A stretch of DNA of 64,000 nt from Candidatus Latescibacterota bacterium (lineage in GTDB: Bacteria; Latescibacterota; UBA2968; UBA8231): contig OZ242214.1 of assembly GCA_965206595.1 (NCBI GenBank), forward strand, positions 4,704,001-4,768,000, in the 5' to 3' direction. The translations under genes were made by a program, and so were the position numbers. The notes under the pieces were generated by a model. That model did no database searches. It saw only the letters and a program-made list of their open reading frames with translations, and was not told the origin of the DNA. Below, in pieces: positions 59,661-64,000 of the stretch; the first letter of the stretch is position 1; each line of letters opens with the position of its first letter.

Positions 59661-60805
59661 GACTGCGCGATCTCGGGCTGACCATTGGTGCCGCGTCGCC
59701 CGGCCCCCGCAACAGCATAGCCGACGTCTCAGGGGTGCGGATCGGCCACGCGACGATAACCGCCCCGTCCGCGGCGACAGGGGTGACCGTCGTGGTCGCC
59801 GGCAGCGCCGCAGGACGGCTCTTCGTCGGCCGCTACAGCGTCGACGGCGGGGACGGTCTGACCGGGCTCGGGGTCGCCGAGGACTTCGGGGCCATTTCGG
59901 CCCCGGTCGCCCTCGTTCCGGCGGCTGCGGTAGGCAGGATCTACGACGCCCTGATCCAGCGCGGGCTCGGCGCCGACCCCGGCCTGTCGGAAGACACCGG
60001 TTGGCCGCCGGTTGTGATCGGAGTGAACGACAGCGAGGTGAACCTGCCTGCCGGCATCCGCGCCGCGGTGCGCGAGGAGCACCTGGCCGAGGCGCTGGGA
60101 AACGCCCCTCCACCGTTTCAGGGGAACGGCGAGGATGTTCCCGACGCGGGTCCATCGGGGACGCCCTCTGTCGGCGCTGTCTCGCAGGTGCGCGAAGGTT
60201 CGGCCGGAATCGGCGCCGGGCTGGCGGCGTTCGGGTTTCGCGGCGGCCTGGGAACCTCTTCCCGCCTCCAGGGGGTTCATGTGGTTGGCGCACTCGTTGT
60301 TGCCAATGGCGGCACCCGGTCCCGATTGGCAGTGGACGGCTGGCCTGTGATTCTTCCCGGAGCCGCGGCGGAATCGCCCCCCCGGGGCAGCGGTAGTTTT
60401 GCCGCCGTGCTGGCGACCGACGCGCCGCTGACACCGCGCCAGCTCGACCATCTCGCCGGGCGCGCCGCCTTCGGCCTGGTGCGTGTGGGGCTGCTCGATG
60501 AACGGACCCGCGAAGGCCTGGTGCTGGCCCTGTCGACGACCGGGCTCGTCGATGGCGAGCCACGCTCCGACGACGGCACCGTCGGGATGCGCTCCCTTGC
60601 AGACACCGAGCTGCCTCCCCTTTTCGCCGCGGCCGCCGATGCCTGCGAGGAGGCGGTTCTCAACGGGCTGCTGCAGGCCGACCCCCTTGCGCCGGAACAT
60701 GCCCCCGGCCTGGCGCCGTTGCGGCAGCAGGGGCTGGAGGCACTGCCTTCGGAGGGCTGGCCGGACGAGATTCGCCGGCAACAGCAACTGCATGGCCGCT
60801 TCTGA
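59657..60805 (+). CDS. divergent DmpA/P1-family paralogue lacking the catalytic G/SGD site and a signal peptide
   Basis: [36 protein letters not shown]; HGSGD replaced by RTREG. Confidence 0.8.
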   Translation: MRLRDLGLTIGAASPGPRNSIADVSGVRIGHATITAPSAATGVTVVVAGSAAGRLFVGRYSVDGGDGLTGLGVAEDFGAISAPVALVPAAAVGRIYDALIQRGLGADPGLSEDTGWPPVVIGVNDSEVNLPAGIRAAVREEHLAEALGNAPPPFQGNGEDVPDAGPSGTPSVGAVSQVREGSAGIGAGLAAFGFRGGLGTSSRLQGVHVVGALVVANGGTRSRLAVDGWPVILPGAAAESPPRGSGSFAAVLATDAPLTPRQLDHLAGRAAFGLVRVGLLDERTREGLVLALSTTGLVDGEPRSDDGTVGMRSLADTELPPLFAAAADACEEAVLNGLLQADPLAPEHAPGLAPLRQQGLEALPSEGWPDEIRRQQQLHGRF

Positions 60806-61943
60806 GCTGCTGGCCGACGCCGCGCGGATTCGGCGGCTGCGGGCGCGGCTGCTCGCGTGGTACGGCCTCCACAAGCGCCAGCTGCCGTGGCGCGACGTCG
60901 GCGACCCCTACCAGGTCTGGATCTCCGAGATCATGCTGCAGCAGACCCGCGTCGAGCAGATGCGGGGCTACTTCGAGCGCTTCGTGGCGGCCTTTCCGAC
61001 GCTCGAGTCCCTGGCCGAGGCTCCCGAAGGGGCGGTGCTCAAAGCATGGGAAGGTCTCGGTTACTACGCCCGCGCCCGCAACCTGCAGGCCGCCGCAAGG
61101 AAAGTGTTGGCCGAGTTCGACGGGCAGCTGCCGCAGAACCTCGAGCAGCTGCTCGAGTTGCCGGGGATCGGTCCCTACACCGCGGCCGCGGTCAGCAGCA
61201 TCGCCTTCGACTGCGACCACCCCGTGCTCGACGGCAACGTCACCCGCGTCCTCTGCCGGCTGCTGCTCGTCGAGGAGGATCCCCGCAGGGCCGCAGTCAG
61301 GACGCGGCTGATCGCCGCGGGGGAACGCCTGTTGGCGCCCGGCAGGGCCGGCGATTTCAACCAGGCGCTGATGGAGCTCGGGGCCCGCGTCTGTACGCCG
61401 TCGCGGCCCCGTTGCGGCGACTGTCCGCTTGCGGAGTTCTGCTCCGGCCGCAGGGAGCTCGACGACCCGGCCTGTCTGCCGGTGAAGGCCGGCAGGAAAA
61501 AGCGTCCGCATTACGAGGTGGCTGCGGGCCTGATATGGAAGGGGGGCCGCCTGTTGATCGCGCGGCGGCCGGCGGGCGGCATGCTCGGCGGCCTGTGGGA
61601 ATTCCCCGGCGGCAAGAAAGAGGAGGGCGAATCCTGCGCCGACTGTCTGCGGCGCGAGATAAGGGAGGAGCTCGATTTCGACATCGAGGTGGGGGATCAT
61701 CTGCTCAGCGTCGACCACGGGTACAGCCATTTCACCATCACCCTGCACGCCTTCGAAGCGCGCTACGCCGGAGGTCGGCCGCGCGCCGTCGGCTGCGACG
61801 AGTGGAAGTGGGTCAGTCCCGGGCAGCTGGGTGACTACGCCATGCCGCGGGCCGACCGCCGCGTGCTCGAACGGCTGGCAGGCTGCCCGGAGCAGGGGCG
61901 CCTGTACTCGTCACTCACCGAGGAGAGGATTCGTGGCGGCTGA
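60792..61943 (+). CDS. mutY: A/G-specific adenine glycosylase with C-terminal Nudix domain
   Basis: WISEIMLQQT, WEGLGYYARARN, LPGIGPYTA, DGNV, Fe-S motif C..C..C..C, Nudix box. Confidence 0.95.
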   Translation: MAASELLADAARIRRLRARLLAWYGLHKRQLPWRDVGDPYQVWISEIMLQQTRVEQMRGYFERFVAAFPTLESLAEAPEGAVLKAWEGLGYYARARNLQAAARKVLAEFDGQLPQNLEQLLELPGIGPYTAAAVSSIAFDCDHPVLDGNVTRVLCRLLLVEEDPRRAAVRTRLIAAGERLLAPGRAGDFNQALMELGARVCTPSRPRCGDCPLAEFCSGRRELDDPACLPVKAGRKKRPHYEVAAGLIWKGGRLLIARRPAGGMLGGLWEFPGGKKEEGESCADCLRREIREELDFDIEVGDHLLSVDHGYSHFTITLHAFEARYAGGRPRAVGCDEWKWVSPGQLGDYAMPRADRRVLERLAGCPEQGRLYSSLTEERIRGG

Positions 61944-62847
61944 GCAATCGCAGGGAAAGAGAAGGCATCGTGCGCCGGGCCTCGTGCTGCGGGGGGTCTG
62001 CATGGGGATCGCCGACGTCATTCCCGGTGTGTCGGGAGGGACCGTCGCCCTGATCACGGGGATTTACGACGATCTCGTCGGCTCCCTGGCCGCAGTCGAC
62101 GCGCGCCTCCTGAGCAGCCTGTTCCGCGGCCGCTTGGAGGAGGTCTGGAGGCTGATCAACGGCAGCTTCCTGCTGCCCCTTGGCGCCGGCATCGGCATGG
62201 CCATCCTCAGTCTGGCGCGGCTTATCACCTACCTGCTCTCCAATCATCCGGTCCCTGTCTGGGGGTTTCTCACCGGGCTGATCGCCGCTAGCGCCGTTGC
62301 CGTCGGCCGGCGCGCCGGCAGGTGGCACTTCGGCCTGCTGATCGCCGCCTGCTGCGGGGTGGCGGCAGGATACGGCATCAGTACCGCCATCCCGCAGCAG
62401 ACGGGAGAAGGCTCGGTCGAGTTTCTGCTGTCCGGTGCGGTGGCGAGCGTGGCGATGATCCTGCCCGGCATCAGCGGCAGCTTCATCCTTCTTCTTCTAG
62501 GCAAGTACCGGCAGGTCTTTCAGGCGGTCGCCAATCTCGACCTCGAGATTCTCGTCGTCTTCGGGGTGGGTTTCGCTTTCGGGATTCTGCTGTTCGCCAA
62601 GATTCTAAAACGCCTGCTCGCCCGCCTGCACGGGCCGACCATGGCGTTCCTGGTGGGACTGATGGCTGGGTCGCTGCGCCGCGTCTGGCCGTTCCGCGCA
62701 CCCGCGGCCGGTGCCGACGAAGATCCCTACACCTGCGTGCTTCCGGCGGAGCTGGACACGGGAACAGTAGCGGTGCTGGGGCTGATGGTTGCCGGGGTCC
62801 TTCTCGTGGTGGCTATCGAAGCGGTCGCGCGCGGTCCGCGACGGTAA
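61933..62847 (+). CDS. DUF368 membrane protein
   Basis: MGIADVIPGVSGGTVA and repeat AMILPGISGS. Confidence 0.88.
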   Translation: MAAEQSQGKRRHRAPGLVLRGVCMGIADVIPGVSGGTVALITGIYDDLVGSLAAVDARLLSSLFRGRLEEVWRLINGSFLLPLGAGIGMAILSLARLITYLLSNHPVPVWGFLTGLIAASAVAVGRRAGRWHFGLLIAACCGVAAGYGISTAIPQQTGEGSVEFLLSGAVASVAMILPGISGSFILLLLGKYRQVFQAVANLDLEILVVFGVGFAFGILLFAKILKRLLARLHGPTMAFLVGLMAGSLRRVWPFRAPAAGADEDPYTCVLPAELDTGTVAVLGLMVAGVLLVVAIEAVARGPRR

Positions 62848-62850
62848 CCG

Positions 62851-63102
62851 CTATTGAGGTGGGTCTGTATCGTTCAACTCCCGCTCGGCGGCGCGAAAGC
62901 GATTGATCCGGCGCACGAAAATGAAAACCAGGCCGGCGAGAGCCGCGTACAAGACGTACCGGTAAATCGCTTCCTCCCACCCCAGAACGACCGGCCACAA
63001 GGTGAGGATGCACAGGAGGATGAACAGATCCTCGAGCAGGCGGGCCCTTTTGGAGCGGTGCGCGCGCTCTGCTTCCGATTGGGGCGAAGCCATGCCGGTC
63101 AT
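62851..63102 (-). CDS. small two-TM membrane protein
   Basis: Start overlaps the slt stop; two hydrophobic segments. Confidence 0.6.
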   Translation of the reverse strand: MTGMASPQSEAERAHRSKRARLLEDLFILLCILTLWPVVLGWEEAIYRYVLYAALAGLVFIFVRRINRFRAAERELNDTDPPQ

Positions 63103-64000
63103 GCGCTCGAGAGGGCTTTGTAGATATTGTAGCTCTTCAACACCTTTTTTACGTACAACCGCGTCTCCTTGTAGGGAATGCGCTCGACGAAGGCGTCGGG
63201 ATCGTCCAGCGGAAAGCGCCGGACCCACCTGTGCGCGGCGCTGGGACCGGCGTTGTAGGCGGCGAGGCCAAGCTCGAAACCTACTTCACGGGTCCGGCCG
63301 GATGCAAATGTGCGTATCTGTTCCCCGAGGTACTGGGAGCCCATTCGGATCGAAATCGCCGGATCGAGCAGCATGCGCTTCTCGAACCGTCCCATTCCGG
63401 CGGAGCGAGCCAGGGTGCGCCCGGTTTTCGGCATGATCTGCATCAGGCCGACGGCTCCCGCGCGCGACACAGCGTCGTCGTCGAAGTAGCTCTCCTGCCT
63501 GATGACCGCCAGCACCAGGAAAGAATCCAGCCCGGCTTCGCGGGCGGCCGTTTTTACCTGTTCCCAGTAGTAGTCCGGGTAGAGGTAGGGAATCTCTTCC
63601 TCTCCGGACCCGGCGAAGATTTTCGTGGACACAAGCAGGGCGCGGTCGAGGCTGCCGAGATCCTCGAAACAGTCACGGATCAGCTTGAGAGCCTCGGGGT
63701 CGTCAAGGTTTTCGCCCTCCGCCTCGGAGAGCTCCTGCTCGGCGAGCGCCACCAGTCCGATCCGGTCGAGCAGCTGGGCCCGCTGCAGGGTCTCCAACTC
63801 TTCGACTGCCACCCCGTACGCTTCCTCGACCGCCTTCGCTGCCACCGCGTTCAAAGCGGATCGCTGATCGCGCTGCTTGCGCTTTGGCAGTTGCTTCTTC
63901 TTGTCTCCTTCGTATCCCATGCTGACCGCCCGCGCCGAGTAATAGGAGCGAGGGAAGTTGGCCGCCGCCCGCTGAAACATCGCCCCTGCCTCGCGCTTGA
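63099..64000 (-). CDS. soluble lytic murein transglycosylase (Slt-like), C-terminal part
   Basis: IRQES, SRAGAVGLMQIMP, AAYNAGP, IPYKETRLYV. Confidence 0.92.
   Translation of the reverse strand, partial: KREAGAMFQRAAANFPRSYYSARAVSMGYEGDKKKQLPKRKQRDQRSALNAVAAKAVEEAYGVAVEELETLQRAQLLDRIGLVALAEQELSEAEGENLDDPEALKLIRDCFEDLGSLDRALLVSTKIFAGSGEEEIPYLYPDYYWEQVKTAAREAGLDSFLVLAVIRQESYFDDDAVSRAGAVGLMQIMPKTGRTLARSAGMGRFEKRMLLDPAISIRMGSQYLGEQIRTFASGRTREVGFELGLAAYNAGPSAAHRWVRRFPLDDPDAFVERIPYKETRLYVKKVLKSYNIYKALSSA

Noticed and set aside
57171-60563. 1130-aa minus-strand ORF and other long Arg/Pro/Gly-rich ORFs (e.g. 19371..21686, 16204..18015)
   Set aside because: These are shadow frames of real genes in GC-rich DNA, with no motifs.
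1-64000. CRISPR array, cas genes, reverse transcriptase/DGR/retron, rRNA
   Set aside because: I saw no regularly spaced repeats, RT motifs or rRNA signatures by eye; a short degenerate array could have been missed.

Overview
GC-rich bacterial DNA with two blocks of housekeeping and metabolic genes (about 1-31.2 kb and 55.2-64 kb) flanking a lower-GC accessory region (about 31.2-55 kb). The gene content (futalosine pathway, DGGGP-synthase-like UbiA, PhyH, sulfatase maturase) suggests an FCB-group organism such as Latescibacterota or Gemmatimonadota, possibly a symbiont; this is inference only. Core genes include mqnB/mqnD, hisS, HU/IHF, an MFP plus two RND transporters, clpP, mutM, mutY, a sulfatase maturase, a DmpA-like pair and an SLT. 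The accessory region has four parts: (i) a Zn-ribbon/DUF559-nuclease/RecQ fusion with a coupled coiled-coil gene; (ii) a 5.4-kb block between inverted IS66 ends carrying a full-length DnaB with substituted catalytic motifs, a stand-alone winged-helix-like protein and a truncated double AAA ATPase; (iii) a compact phage or satellite-like element integrated at tRNA-Lys(CTT), with integrase, DnaA boxes, tail-terminator-like gene, large terminase, HNH and a probable capsid start, which can be rebuilt by removing nested IS5/IS1380, IS630 and IS66 insertions; (iv) ISL3 and pseudogene debris. Several core genes also carry nonsense or frameshift lesions. All family assignments come from motif recognition by eye; no database search was run.
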